Position numbers and translations under genes: made by a program. The notes under the pieces were generated by a model. It was given only the letters and a program-made list of their open reading frames with translations. It was not told the DNA's origin and searched no databases. Positions 1-12,053 of a stretch of 64,000 nucleotides of DNA are shown here, piece by piece (the stretch's first letter is position 1; each line of letters starts with the position of its first letter). Origin of the DNA: Polyangiaceae bacterium. GTDB lineage: Bacteria; Myxococcota_A; Polyangia; Polyangiales; Polyangiaceae. The stretch spans positions 128,001 to 192,000 of the forward strand of contig JBGANF010000001.1 of the NCBI GenBank assembly GCA_044222475.1, written 5' to 3'.

Positions 1-516
1 GACGAACTGCTTCGCGTGCGCGGCGTCGAGGCCGATCGCGACCTGGGACACCATGCGCACGATGCGATCGGGCTGGAGGAACTTGTCGCGCTTCGTCACG
101 ATGCGGAGCTCTTCGCCGTCGAGGAACTCCATGACGAGGATCCAGACCTTGAACTGCTCGTCTCGCTGGAAATCGAAGACGTTGACGATGTGATCGTGCG
201 GCAGCGCGCTCGAGATCTCGTACTCGCGCTTGAAGCGCTCCAATGCGACGTCGTCTTTGGCGACGGCTTCGTGCAGAACCTTCACCGCGATGCGCGTGTC
301 CGTCTGGCGATCGATGCCTTCGTAGACGCGCCCCATCCCGCCGTCAGCGACGACGCGACGGATCTCGTAGCGCCCGCACAGCCGTTGCCCGACACGCGGG
401 TCGTCCGACACCATCGGCGGCGGTGCCATGCTCGTGTTGAGCAGCCCCGTCCCGTCCGCCGGGCAGAACCCTGCGTCGTTCGGGTAGACGCGCTGGCAGG
501 TCGGGCAACTCTTCAA
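1..516 (-). CDS. Serine/threonine protein kinase with N-terminal zinc ribbon (5' part; runs off left edge)
   Basis: Not in the ORF track. My translation from TTG 516: MKSCPTCQRVYPNDAGFCPADG...RYEIRRVVADGGMGRVYEG...IAVKVL...MEFLDGEEL...LDAAHAKQFV (Hanks subdomains I-VIa). Confidence 0.9.
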   Translation of the reverse strand, partial: MKSCPTCQRVYPNDAGFCPADGTGLLNTSMAPPPMVSDDPRVGQRLCGRYEIRRVVADGGMGRVYEGIDRQTDTRIAVKVLHEAVAKDDVALERFKREYEISSALPHDHIVNVFDFQRDEQFKVWILVMEFLDGEELRIVTKRDKFLQPDRIVRMVSQVAIGLDAAHAKQFV

Positions 517-534
517 GTCCTTGTTCCCCCCGGA

Positions 535-1272
535 CTACGGCTCGTCCTTCACGGGCGGAGCAACCGCGGTGAAGTAGATGATGCGATTGCAGGACGGACA
601 CTGGTCGAGCAGCGGCTCGCGGCGCAGGCGATGAAAGAGCTGGGGCGGAAGCGCCATGTGACACGCGCGGCAGGTGCCGTCGGTCGTGCTGGCGAGCCCG
701 CTGCCGCGCTTCACGCGGACCATCTCGTAGCGGCGGTACGTCACCGGCGGGATCTTCTTCGCGAGAAGCTCGCGCGCGGCGGCGCGCTCGGCTCGCTTCG
801 CTTCGACCTCACCGAGGCGAGTCGTCGCGGCGCCTTCGGTCTCCCCGAGCTCGGCGCCGATCTTCTTGGCCTCGGCATCGGTCGTGTCGATCTGTTGGCG
901 CGAGGCGTCGGCGTCGGTCGTGAGCTTGCCGATCTCGTCTTCGCGGTCGCGGACGAGCTTGCGAAGCTCCTCGAGCTCGCGCTGGGCGGCGTTCGCCTCG
1001 CGCTCGTTCCGCGCGCGGTTCATCTTGTCGCGCGAGAGCTCCACCTGATTCATCATGTTGCGGACTTCGCCGACGTAGTCGTTGCGAAGCTTCTCGATCG
1101 CGCCGAGGTGCTCGCGGTCCGCCTTCAGCTTCGCCTCGAGCTCGCTCAGCCTCCCCCGGAGCGTGTCGAGCGTCGCCCGCTCGCGAGCGAGGTCATCACC
1201 TAGTGTCTTGAGCTCGGCGTCTGCGGCGGCGAGCTCCTCCAGCGTTTGGATCTGCTCGGGAATACTACTCAA
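535..1272 (-). CDS. Coiled-coil protein with C-terminal C4 zinc ribbon (DUF164/zf-RING_7, CT398/HP0958-like)
   Basis: Long coiled coil followed by GTCRACHMALPPQ...QCPSCNRII; lies directly downstream of tRNA-Ile2. Confidence 0.9.
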   Translation of the reverse strand: MSSIPEQIQTLEELAAADAELKTLGDDLARERATLDTLRGRLSELEAKLKADREHLGAIEKLRNDYVGEVRNMMNQVELSRDKMNRARNEREANAAQRELEELRKLVRDREDEIGKLTTDADASRQQIDTTDAEAKKIGAELGETEGAATTRLGEVEAKRAERAAARELLAKKIPPVTYRRYEMVRVKRGSGLASTTDGTCRACHMALPPQLFHRLRREPLLDQCPSCNRIIYFTAVAPPVKDEP

Positions 1273-1331
1273 CCTCGTCCTCCGGACGTGCTCGTGATGA
1301 GGGCCCGCCTCTTCGCGTCTCCGCGATGTCG

Positions 1332-1405
1332 TAGGCCCACCTGGGTTCGAACCAGGAACGGCCCGGTTATGAGCCGGGGGCTCTGACCGATTGAGCTATG
1401 GGCCC
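1332..1405 (-). tRNA. tRNA-Ile2 (anticodon CAT, lysidine type); CCA not encoded
   Basis: Reverse complement GGGCCCATAGCTCAATCGGTCAGAGCCCCCGGCTCATAACCGGGCCGTTCCTGGTTCGAACCCAGGTGGGCCTA folds as a cloverleaf with TTCGAA T-loop. Stems resemble Ile2 rather than fMet; Ile2 versus elongator Met is an inference. Confidence 0.88.
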
Positions 1406-1423
1406 GTTCCCGCACGGCCAGGC

Positions 1424-1452
1424 AAGGTAACCTACCAGGGCCCCTACTTCAA
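1424..1452 (-). promoter_or_regulatory. Putative sigma70 promoter of the tRNA-zinc ribbon-kinase unit
   Basis: TTGAAG-N17-TACCTT on the minus strand, ending 18 nt upstream of the tRNA. Confidence 0.5.
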
Positions 1453-1490
1453 CGGCCGTGCCAGATCTTCACTTCAGGGGCGACTCGGGG

Positions 1491-2804
1491 CTACTTTTTG
1501 GGCTTGGGCTCGCAGCCCGCAAACCGGAGTCGGGGCGCGGGGGTACCCTCGAACACCACCAACGAGAGCGCGAGCGCGCCGGTGCTCACGCCAGTCGGCG
1601 CCCACAGAACGCTCCCCGGGTCGAGCACGCCCTCGCTGCTGGGCTTGCCGCGCGGCTCGCCCGACCTCGGATCCAGCGGTACGAGGAGCGAACGACCCGA
1701 GCCGTCTTCGTAGGCGAGGACGGTCGTGTCGTCGGTCCCGCGTTGGACCTCGGGCGTGCCTATCGCCGCAGCTGGGAGGTCGAGCGTCGTCACCTGGGAG
1801 GTCTCCCCTCGAACCGCGACGTGCACCAGCTTTCCGCGCTGAGCCGCGTCGCGCGCGTAGACGTCCGCGTCGTTCGGCGTCGGGCCGACCGCGACCTCGA
1901 AGCTCCCGACGTGCCCGCCGTCGGGCGTGAGCTTCGACGGCGCGCCGCGCGGCTTGCCGTCGAGACCGACGCGTACGCTCTCGATCCACTCGAAGCCGCG
2001 GAGCTGTCCGGGACCTTCGATGTCGGTGTCGTTCGAGATCTTCGGAGCGCCGTCGGGCTGGGTGTCGTCCTTGCGCACCGACCAGACCACCAGGTAGCCG
2101 TCGGTCCCGAGCAAGACCCTCGGGCTCGAGGCGTCGCCTCGCGAGGCCGACACGGTGACGGGCGTGCTCCATGTACCATTTTGGTACGAGACGACACGGA
2201 TGACGCCACGATCACCTTCGTCGTCGTCCCACGCGACGAGGGCGCTCGACGCAGCGTCGTCGCGAACGGCGCCGTCGAACGCGAGCGACTCGTCGAGCGA
2301 CGAGTCCGGGAGATCGGCGAGGGTCTGCACGCCGGATGGTCCTCCGAGCTTCACGAAGCGCAGGTGTCGCTTGCCGGCCCCGGCGTCACCGCCGGCGGGG
2401 TGAAACAACGCGTAGGTGGCGGTCGCCATGGAGAACACGCGCGGCGGCGGGGCGTCGGCGGCGAGCGGGCCGAGAGGCGTGCGCGAGGCCACCGAGAGCA
2501 CTTTGCCGGCGATGCCGACGCGGATCACCTCGCCGACGCCCCCCGACACGACGCCGACGTCGAGGTGATCGGCCGCGCGCGAATCCGCGCGCCCCACCTC
2601 GAGCGAAGCGGCTCCGAGCGCGAGCGGGTCGCCCTCGAAGCGGCAGCGTTCGGGCGCGAGCTCGTCGATGCCGAGCTTCGGCCCGGCTTCTTCGGTCTCG
2701 TCGTCACCCGCGTCGGATTGCGCGAGGGCGCCGCAGTGACCGCACCGCTGCCCACACGCGGTCAGGAGGGCGAGCGCGAGGGCCGCGCGCGGGATCCCTC
2801 GCAC
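1491..2804 (-). CDS. Hypothetical lipoprotein
   Basis: Signal peptide with lipobox LTAC; beta-rich body; GC3-biased codons. Confidence 0.7.
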   Translation of the reverse strand: MRGIPRAALALALLTACGQRCGHCGALAQSDAGDDETEEAGPKLGIDELAPERCRFEGDPLALGAASLEVGRADSRAADHLDVGVVSGGVGEVIRVGIAGKVLSVASRTPLGPLAADAPPPRVFSMATATYALFHPAGGDAGAGKRHLRFVKLGGPSGVQTLADLPDSSLDESLAFDGAVRDDAASSALVAWDDDEGDRGVIRVVSYQNGTWSTPVTVSASRGDASSPRVLLGTDGYLVVWSVRKDDTQPDGAPKISNDTDIEGPGQLRGFEWIESVRVGLDGKPRGAPSKLTPDGGHVGSFEVAVGPTPNDADVYARDAAQRGKLVHVAVRGETSQVTTLDLPAAAIGTPEVQRGTDDTTVLAYEDGSGRSLLVPLDPRSGEPRGKPSSEGVLDPGSVLWAPTGVSTGALALSLVVFEGTPAPRLRFAGCEPKPKK

Positions 2805-2808
2805 TGGA

Positions 2809-4701
<1,893 letters not shown>

Positions 4702-4740
4702 ATGGAGGCCGACGTTATAGCGCGAGATCGGGCGGAGCGC

Positions 4741-5535
4741 TCAGAACGTGCCCGAGAGGCCGAGCGAGCCGGGTCCGATCATGGGCCGGAGGGCGACCCG
4801 AGCCGAACGACCAAACGAGGTCGCGACGAGCACCGTGCCGACGACACCCGCTGCGACGCCGAAGAGGACTCCGACGCTGCCCCACGTCGCGTCATCGGAG
4901 CGTCTCGACGGGTCGGCGCTCGCCGCCGCCGACGTCCCGTCCCAGAAGAGGACCAGACCCGCAACCGTCGACACGGCGCCGACGAGGATCACACCGGCGC
5001 CGAGCCACCCTTGCACTGGTCGTCCGGGCTCCTCGGCGAGCGTCGAACGAGACGGCGCAACGGGTTGCGCTTTGCCGTGCAGATGAATCGTGAGGGGCCG
5101 AAGCCGCTCCCCCTCTGCGGCGACGACGGTCTCGAAGACCGGGGAGCCGGTGCGGGGGGCGACGCGCAAGACGTGAGCACCGGGATCGAGCTTGATGGGC
5201 TTGCCGTCGATGAAGGTCGCGACGACCTTGTCGTCGACGGAGATGCTGGCGTCGAGGACGTCGGCGCCGTTCTCGTCGACGGCACGAACGACGACCGACG
5301 GGATCCGTTTGTCGAGCTCGTCGAGACGATGCGCACAATCTTGGCGAACGGCCGCCGGACACGCCTCGCTCTCGCAGAAGACGAGGCTCTCGCGGAGCTC
5401 GACGAGGCGACCATGGTCCTCGAGATCGTCCGCGCCCTCGGCGGCTGCGATGCACGCCTCCTTGTTACCCGCCGCGCCGCGCGCCCCGATGCTCGAGACG
5501 ACCGCGAAGCAAGCTGCGGCAACAGCCCATCGCAT
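4741..5535 (-). CDS. Secreted TPR/PEGA-type myxobacterial protein with C-terminal hydrophobic segments
   Basis: Signal peptide, CPAAVRQDC, PEGA-like KLDPGAHVL, C-terminal GLSGTF like the upstream paralog. Confidence 0.7.
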   Translation of the reverse strand: MRWAVAAACFAVVSSIGARGAAGNKEACIAAAEGADDLEDHGRLVELRESLVFCESEACPAAVRQDCAHRLDELDKRIPSVVVRAVDENGADVLDASISVDDKVVATFIDGKPIKLDPGAHVLRVAPRTGSPVFETVVAAEGERLRPLTIHLHGKAQPVAPSRSTLAEEPGRPVQGWLGAGVILVGAVSTVAGLVLFWDGTSAAASADPSRRSDDATWGSVGVLFGVAAGVVGTVLVATSFGRSARVALRPMIGPGSLGLSGTF

Positions 5536-5538
5536 CGT

Positions 5539-6570
5539 TCAGAACGTGCCGGACAACCCGAAGCCTGCGTACGTGGGGCTCAGCTCCGGCGTGAAGCGGA
5601 TGCCTTCCTTCTTGATCACGCGCTTCGACTCGAACGACGTGAAGAGGAGGATCGTGCCGACGGTCGCCATGACGACGCCGAGGCTGCCGACGATGATCGC
5701 CGGGATGAGCTGCGCGTTGCCGCGCTGGTTGAAGGTGAGGCCGTTCGTGTCGCGCACGTGGCACTTCGGCAAGCCGGTGCCGAGGGGGTTGTTCTCGGGG
5801 CAGTCGGCGAGGCCGACGCCCTCCGCCTTGTACTTGCTGAAGTTGTCGAGCGCGGCCGGGATGAGAACGATGCCGACGACGATGCCGATGACGCCGCCGC
5901 CCATGAGGCCGACGCCGATCCAGCGCTTCACCGGATCGCCCGGGGTGATCTCCTCGGAGTTCTTCTTGTCCTCGAGAGCCTTGAGCTCTTCCGGGGTGAG
6001 GTCGGGCATGAGGAGCGCGACCGGAAGCGTCTTGCCGTCGTTGAGGAGCGTGACGTGCTTCGCGAAGTCGCGCTTGCCGGTCGCCGTCGCCGTGACGTCG
6101 TGCTCGCCCGGGTCGAGCGGGAGGTCGCCGTTGATCGTCTCCTTCGGGTACGTGACGCCGTCGATCTTGACGATGATGTCCGCCGGGACCGGGCTCAGCT
6201 CGAGCTTGAGCTTCGAGAGGCGCGGGTAGAGCTCCTTCGCCTTGTCCTCCGCGTACTCCGCGGCCGGCGTGCCTCGCGACTTCTTCACGACGGCGAGGTA
6301 CTCGCCCCATGCCGTGGCGTTCTTGCCTTCGAGGTCGTGGCAGGCAGCGAGCGCGAGCATCGTGTCGTTGCTCTCTTCGAGCTTGTAGCTCGCCGCGAAG
6401 CGCTCGCACGCTTCCTTGTAGTTCTTCTCTTTGATCAGGTCCTTGCCCTGATTGAAGAGCGCCTCGGCTTGGGTCGAGTTGACCCCGCCTTGCGCGAATG
6501 CCAACGACGGAATCAGCCCGAGCGCGACACAGAGGACCGCCCCCACTACGCGAGAAGAACGAAGAGCCAT
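5539..6570 (-). CDS. Secreted TPR + PEGA domain protein
   Basis: AEALFNQGK...ACERFAASYKL TPR, LDPGEHDVTATA PEGA, ends GLSGTF. ATG 6570 chosen because TGcTAGCGT lies 7 nt upstream. Confidence 0.8.
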   Translation of the reverse strand: MALRSSRVVGAVLCVALGLIPSLAFAQGGVNSTQAEALFNQGKDLIKEKNYKEACERFAASYKLEESNDTMLALAACHDLEGKNATAWGEYLAVVKKSRGTPAAEYAEDKAKELYPRLSKLKLELSPVPADIIVKIDGVTYPKETINGDLPLDPGEHDVTATATGKRDFAKHVTLLNDGKTLPVALLMPDLTPEELKALEDKKNSEEITPGDPVKRWIGVGLMGGGVIGIVVGIVLIPAALDNFSKYKAEGVGLADCPENNPLGTGLPKCHVRDTNGLTFNQRGNAQLIPAIIVGSLGVVMATVGTILLFTSFESKRVIKKEGIRFTPELSPTYAGFGLSGTF

Positions 6571-6615
6571 GGCCGCCACGCTAGCATGGACCCCCGCGGC
6601 GTCGGAACGTCCTAC

Positions 6616-8313
<1,698 letters not shown>

Positions 8314-8426
8314 CCGGTACTGACCCCTCGTGCGCGCAGAACAGCGCGGATTGTGAGGTTAGCGGACAAGACGCCCCATGCCCACCGGAAAGACGTAGGG
8401 ATTTCCGTGGTAGCGTGGCTCCCTCG

Positions 8427-9956
8427 ATGGCAGGGGCACCGTCCGCGTCCGAGCTTTCTCGCCGGTTTCCGCGCCTTCGGGTGAGCGAATCGCCGGCGGA
8501 TCGTGTGGCGTACGCGAGGGACCTCTGGCCGCGGCATCACCTCGCGGTGCGGTCGGGTGATGTAGGTGCGCACTCGCCCGCGCTGGTGGTGTGGCCGGAG
8601 CGGACGGAAGAGGTGGCGGAGATCGTTCGATGGGCGGGGCCGCGCGGGGTGCCCGTCGTCCCGTTCGGGGCGGGCAGCGGCGTGTGCGCGGGGGTCTTGC
8701 CGACGAAAGAGACGATCGTCCTCGATCTGAAGCGCATGGGACGCATTCGGTCCCTCGATGAAGCGGCCCCCTCGGTGACGGTCGAGGCCGGGCACATGGG
8801 GGTGCCGTTCGAGGAGGCGATCGGTCGCCGCGGGCTGACGCTCGGGCATTTTCCGTCGTCGATCCTGTGCAGCACCGTCGGCGGGTGGGTCGCGGCGCGG
8901 AGCGCGGGTCAGGCGTCGGGGCGCTACGGCAAGATCGAGGACATGGTGCTCGCGCTGGAGTGCGTGACCGGCCGCGGCGACGTGGTGCACCTGCCGCATC
9001 GGGTGCATGGTCCCAGTTTGGTACCACTCATGATCGGCAGCGAGGGGACGCTCGGGGTGATCACCGCCGCGAAGCTGCGGCTGCACCGCGCGCCGACGGT
9101 GCGCGGGTTTCGGGCGTGGTCGTTCCCGAGCACGCGCGCCGGGTGGGAGGCGATGCAGGCGTTCTTCCAGGCGGGCCTGCGGCCGGCGATCGCGCGCCTG
9201 TACGATCCGTTCGACGCGATGCTCGCGCGCCGCGGCGGGGTGAAGAGCGACAAGAAGAAACCGGCGCCCGGCATGGGCGGCGGCGCGCTGCGCGCGATGC
9301 TGAAGCGCCCGGCGATGATCAACGAGCTGCTCGAGTCGCGCGCGGGCGCGGCGGCGTTCGGGGGATCGCTCTTGCTCGTGATCTTCGACGGCCACGACGC
9401 GGCGCCCCTCGACGACGTCGCGCGCGCGATGGCGATCGCCGAGTCGCTCGGCGGAAAAGACGAGGGCGAGACGCCGGCGCAGAAGTGGCTCGCGCATCGC
9501 TACGCGGTGAGCTACCGGCAGGCGCCGATGTTCCGCGAGGGGCTCTTCGTCGACACGATGGAGGTCGCGGCGACGTGGTCGCGGCTCGGCGCCCTGTACG
9601 ACGGAGTGCGGCGCGCGCTCGGGGAGCACGTCTTCGTGATGGCGCACTTCAGCCATGCGTACCCCGACGGATGCTGCATCTACTTCTCGTTCGCGGGGAC
9701 GGCCGACTCGGGGACGGGCTCGTGGGACGATCGGTGCGCGCGCACCTACGATCGCGCGTGGAAGGGCGCGCTCGCCGCGGCGGTCGCGGCGGGCGGGACG
9801 CTCGCGCACCATCACGGCGCGGGGCGATCGAAGGCGCCGCGGTTGCCGGAGGAGCTGGGTGTCGGGCTCGACGTGTTTCGGCGGCTGAAGACCGCGTTCG
9901 ATCCGCACGGGATCTTGAACCCGGGGGCGCTGGTGCCGGAAGGAGCGCCGACGTGA
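8427..9956 (+). CDS. FAD-binding oxidoreductase, alkyl-dihydroxyacetonephosphate synthase-like (VAO/PCMH family)
   Basis: PFGAGSGV, GHFPSS, STVGGWVAARSAGQ, GSEGTLGVIT, HFSHAYPDGCCIYF, C-terminal HHHGAG and DPHGILNPG. Confidence 0.85.
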   Translation: MAGAPSASELSRRFPRLRVSESPADRVAYARDLWPRHHLAVRSGDVGAHSPALVVWPERTEEVAEIVRWAGPRGVPVVPFGAGSGVCAGVLPTKETIVLDLKRMGRIRSLDEAAPSVTVEAGHMGVPFEEAIGRRGLTLGHFPSSILCSTVGGWVAARSAGQASGRYGKIEDMVLALECVTGRGDVVHLPHRVHGPSLVPLMIGSEGTLGVITAAKLRLHRAPTVRGFRAWSFPSTRAGWEAMQAFFQAGLRPAIARLYDPFDAMLARRGGVKSDKKKPAPGMGGGALRAMLKRPAMINELLESRAGAAAFGGSLLLVIFDGHDAAPLDDVARAMAIAESLGGKDEGETPAQKWLAHRYAVSYRQAPMFREGLFVDTMEVAATWSRLGALYDGVRRALGEHVFVMAHFSHAYPDGCCIYFSFAGTADSGTGSWDDRCARTYDRAWKGALAAAVAAGGTLAHHHGAGRSKAPRLPEELGVGLDVFRRLKTAFDPHGILNPGALVPEGAPT

Positions 9957-10438
9957 GCTCGAGCCTGCGATCGATCGACCGGGCGAGCTTGCTCGCCGAG
10001 GTGGACGGCGCGACGCCGTTGGCGGACGTGGAGAGCGCACTGCGCGCGAGCGATCTCACGCTCGATCTCTCGGCGCCGTTCGAGGGAACGGTGAGCGCGT
10101 GGATCGCGGCGGGTGCGCCAGGCTCGCGGAGCCCGTGGCTCGATCCGGCGGATCACCTGGTCGCCGGGTTCGTCGCGAAGCTCGTGGACGGTCGGGAGCT
10201 CGTGGTGCGGCCAGCGCCGAGGCGCGCGGTGGGGCCGGATCTCTTCGCTCTGGTCTTCGGGACCGGGGGTCGCTTCGGAGAGATCACCTCGGCGTGGCTG
10301 CGAGTGCACCCTCGAGGAGTGCAGCGACCCGCGATTCCGTTCGCCCACGAGGACCCGCCGGTGGAAACTGGAGAGAAGACGCTCTGGGACGCGATCGAGA
10401 AGGTGCTCCAAGGTCCTTCGAACCCGACGGCCAGTTGA
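9953..10438 (+). CDS. Short FAD-binding (PCMH-type) protein, GlcE-like fragment
   Basis: GTG overlaps upstream TGA; RRAVGPDLFALVFGTGGRFGEITSAWLRVHP resembles the PCMH FAD-binding C-terminal motif. Confidence 0.7.
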   Translation: MSSSLRSIDRASLLAEVDGATPLADVESALRASDLTLDLSAPFEGTVSAWIAAGAPGSRSPWLDPADHLVAGFVAKLVDGRELVVRPAPRRAVGPDLFALVFGTGGRFGEITSAWLRVHPRGVQRPAIPFAHEDPPVETGEKTLWDAIEKVLQGPSNPTAS

Positions 10439-10479
10439 AACGGCGATCCATAGACGGTGCACGCGACCGAATCGTCGGC

Positions 10480-10928
10480 CCCGATGGCGTAGTGTCAGAG
10501 GGATCGTGACGAAAGGTTCGTGCGGATCGTTGGTGTGAAACCGCAGCGCACCGGTGAGGGGAAGCCCCGCGGCCGCGGTAGCTGGAACCGCCGCGTGAAA
10601 GACCACCGTCGTCTTTGCGAACGACGCGAGCATTCCTTCGGCGGTCCGTCCAGAACGAATGGGCCGTCGACCTCGGCGGTCCACTTCAGGACGGAAGACG
10701 GCTCGCTGTTCGCGATCACGATGATCAGCGAATCCGACGTAGCGCCGCAGTCCGTTAGCCAGCCAGTGACTCCTGCGAGTGCGTGAGGTGGCCCGGGGAA
10801 CGGTCGGGGCTGCCGCAGCCCGACACCACTACGAGCATGCCTGCAAGGCGAGCCAGCCGCGCGATTACCGCCAGATGGCCCCTTCCGATCGCAACTTCGG
10901 AGGGCACCGCAGAAACGCCGTCAGTCAT
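10480..10928 (-). pseudogene. Frameshifted lipoprotein with Ig-like (choice-of-anchor D/ASH-like) domain
   Basis: Three frames join to LAGMLVVVSGC... / TDCGATSDSLIIVIANSEPSSVLKWTAEVDGPFVL / GMLASFAKTTVVFHAAVPATAAAGLPLTGALRFHTNDPHEPFVTIPLTL; at least two frameshifts; ends approximate. Confidence 0.55.
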
Positions 10929-10959
10929 AGGTGCCCCAGCAATCAAGCGCCCAGGTTCC

Positions 10960-11892
10960 TCAATCAAGGGAGTCTGACACGGCCTGGCGTGCGACGTTCT
11001 CGAGTTCCCGTTTGATTGCGTCCGACAAGCCGCCTTGGTCGATCGACACGACACCTGAGTCGCGTCGGCCGAGCCACGTCAACTCAACTTTCATCGCGGC
11101 GGCGAGAGCCCGGGCGTCGGGTTCCTGACGCGTAGAGAAGTGCGCGATCATTGACTCCAACGCCCGCCTGAAGCCACGTTCGAACACGATGTGCCGTATG
11201 TTCTGCGGCCAACGGATGTCGTCCGCATCGACGTTGCGAAACTCGACGTACTCGAACGTGGCGGATCGAAAGTCGACACGGCGTAACCTGTTCGGGTGTC
11301 CCCCAATCGGAAGTTCGACCCGCGCACCTTCATGCGATGCGCCAAAGATCACGTCCTTCAAGCGACCGGAGAAGGAACATTCGTCAAACTCACTCAGTCC
11401 AAACTGAACGCCGTCGAGCCTCGTTTCGTTGAATGAACAACGAACCATCCGGCAATAGCTAAAGACCGCGCCTCGCAGATCGGCGCCGTCAAAGTTGACC
11501 CCCTCGTACACGTTGTGGCCCCCATTGGACATCGGGCCAAGAACCGCGTCCCTCAGTTTCGCCGAGCGGAAAGAGCAGTTCGTAAACGTGGTCTCCCAAG
11601 TACGAAGGTCCGGAAACCGCCCGCCATCGAAAGAGCAATCGACGAATTGACAACCCAATATTCGCCAACCGGCGATCCGGCCAATCGAGAGATCGACTCC
11701 GCGCACCATCAGCCCTTGCGAGCGAAGTACGTCAACACGCTCCGTGCCGGCAACAGGGCCCCGTGAGACTGCACCAGAGAACCCGGCGGTCACGCCGCGA
11801 AGGTCAATGCGACCCTCATGCGTACCAAACCCTTCAAGGTCTCCACCAAGGGCGCGGAGAAGGTCTGCTTCTGACTTGTGCGGACTACTCAT
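10960..11892 (-). CDS. Pentapeptide-repeat protein (probable immunity protein)
   Basis: Repeats such as FTNCSFRSAKLRDAVL and FDGADLRGAVFSYC; lower GC and atypical codons. ATG 11892 overlaps the stop of the upstream toxin-like tip. Confidence 0.8.
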   Translation of the reverse strand: MSSPHKSEADLLRALGGDLEGFGTHEGRIDLRGVTAGFSGAVSRGPVAGTERVDVLRSQGLMVRGVDLSIGRIAGWRILGCQFVDCSFDGGRFPDLRTWETTFTNCSFRSAKLRDAVLGPMSNGGHNVYEGVNFDGADLRGAVFSYCRMVRCSFNETRLDGVQFGLSEFDECSFSGRLKDVIFGASHEGARVELPIGGHPNRLRRVDFRSATFEYVEFRNVDADDIRWPQNIRHIVFERGFRRALESMIAHFSTRQEPDARALAAAMKVELTWLGRRDSGVVSIDQGGLSDAIKRELENVARQAVSDSLD

Positions 11893-12004
11893 AGAGCAGC
11901 GGGACTCCCTCTTCACCGAACTCTTCTTCGTACTTGTCGACATGCTTCTGCCACTGCTTCGAAGTGGTCACATCCCACCATGCCCCGTTGCCACTTTCCA
12001 CCAC
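11885..12004 (-). pseudogene. Orphan C-terminal tip of a putative polymorphic (RHS-type) toxin
   Basis: Not in the ORF track. Frame reads VVESGNGAWWDVTTSKQWQKHVDKYEEEFGEEGVPLLYE* and ends in TATGAGTAG overlapping the next ATG. Toxin resemblance is from memory of RHS C-termini. Confidence 0.55.
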
Positions 12005-12053
12005 CGGCGATCGCAGCCGCGCCTTCGAGCTGGTACGGGCTCACCGATGCAGC

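Noticed and set aside
1332..1405. tRNA as integration site of an island
   Set aside because: No integrase nearby and no duplicated tRNA 3' end noticed in the window.
10520..10786. 88-aa plus-strand ORF
   Set aside because: No motifs; antisense to the frameshifted Ig-like gene, which explains the region better.
11893..11943. Upstream start MSTSTKK of the pentapeptide ORF
   Set aside because: This stretch reads better as the toxin-like tip in another frame; ATG 11892 gives typical stop/start coupling.
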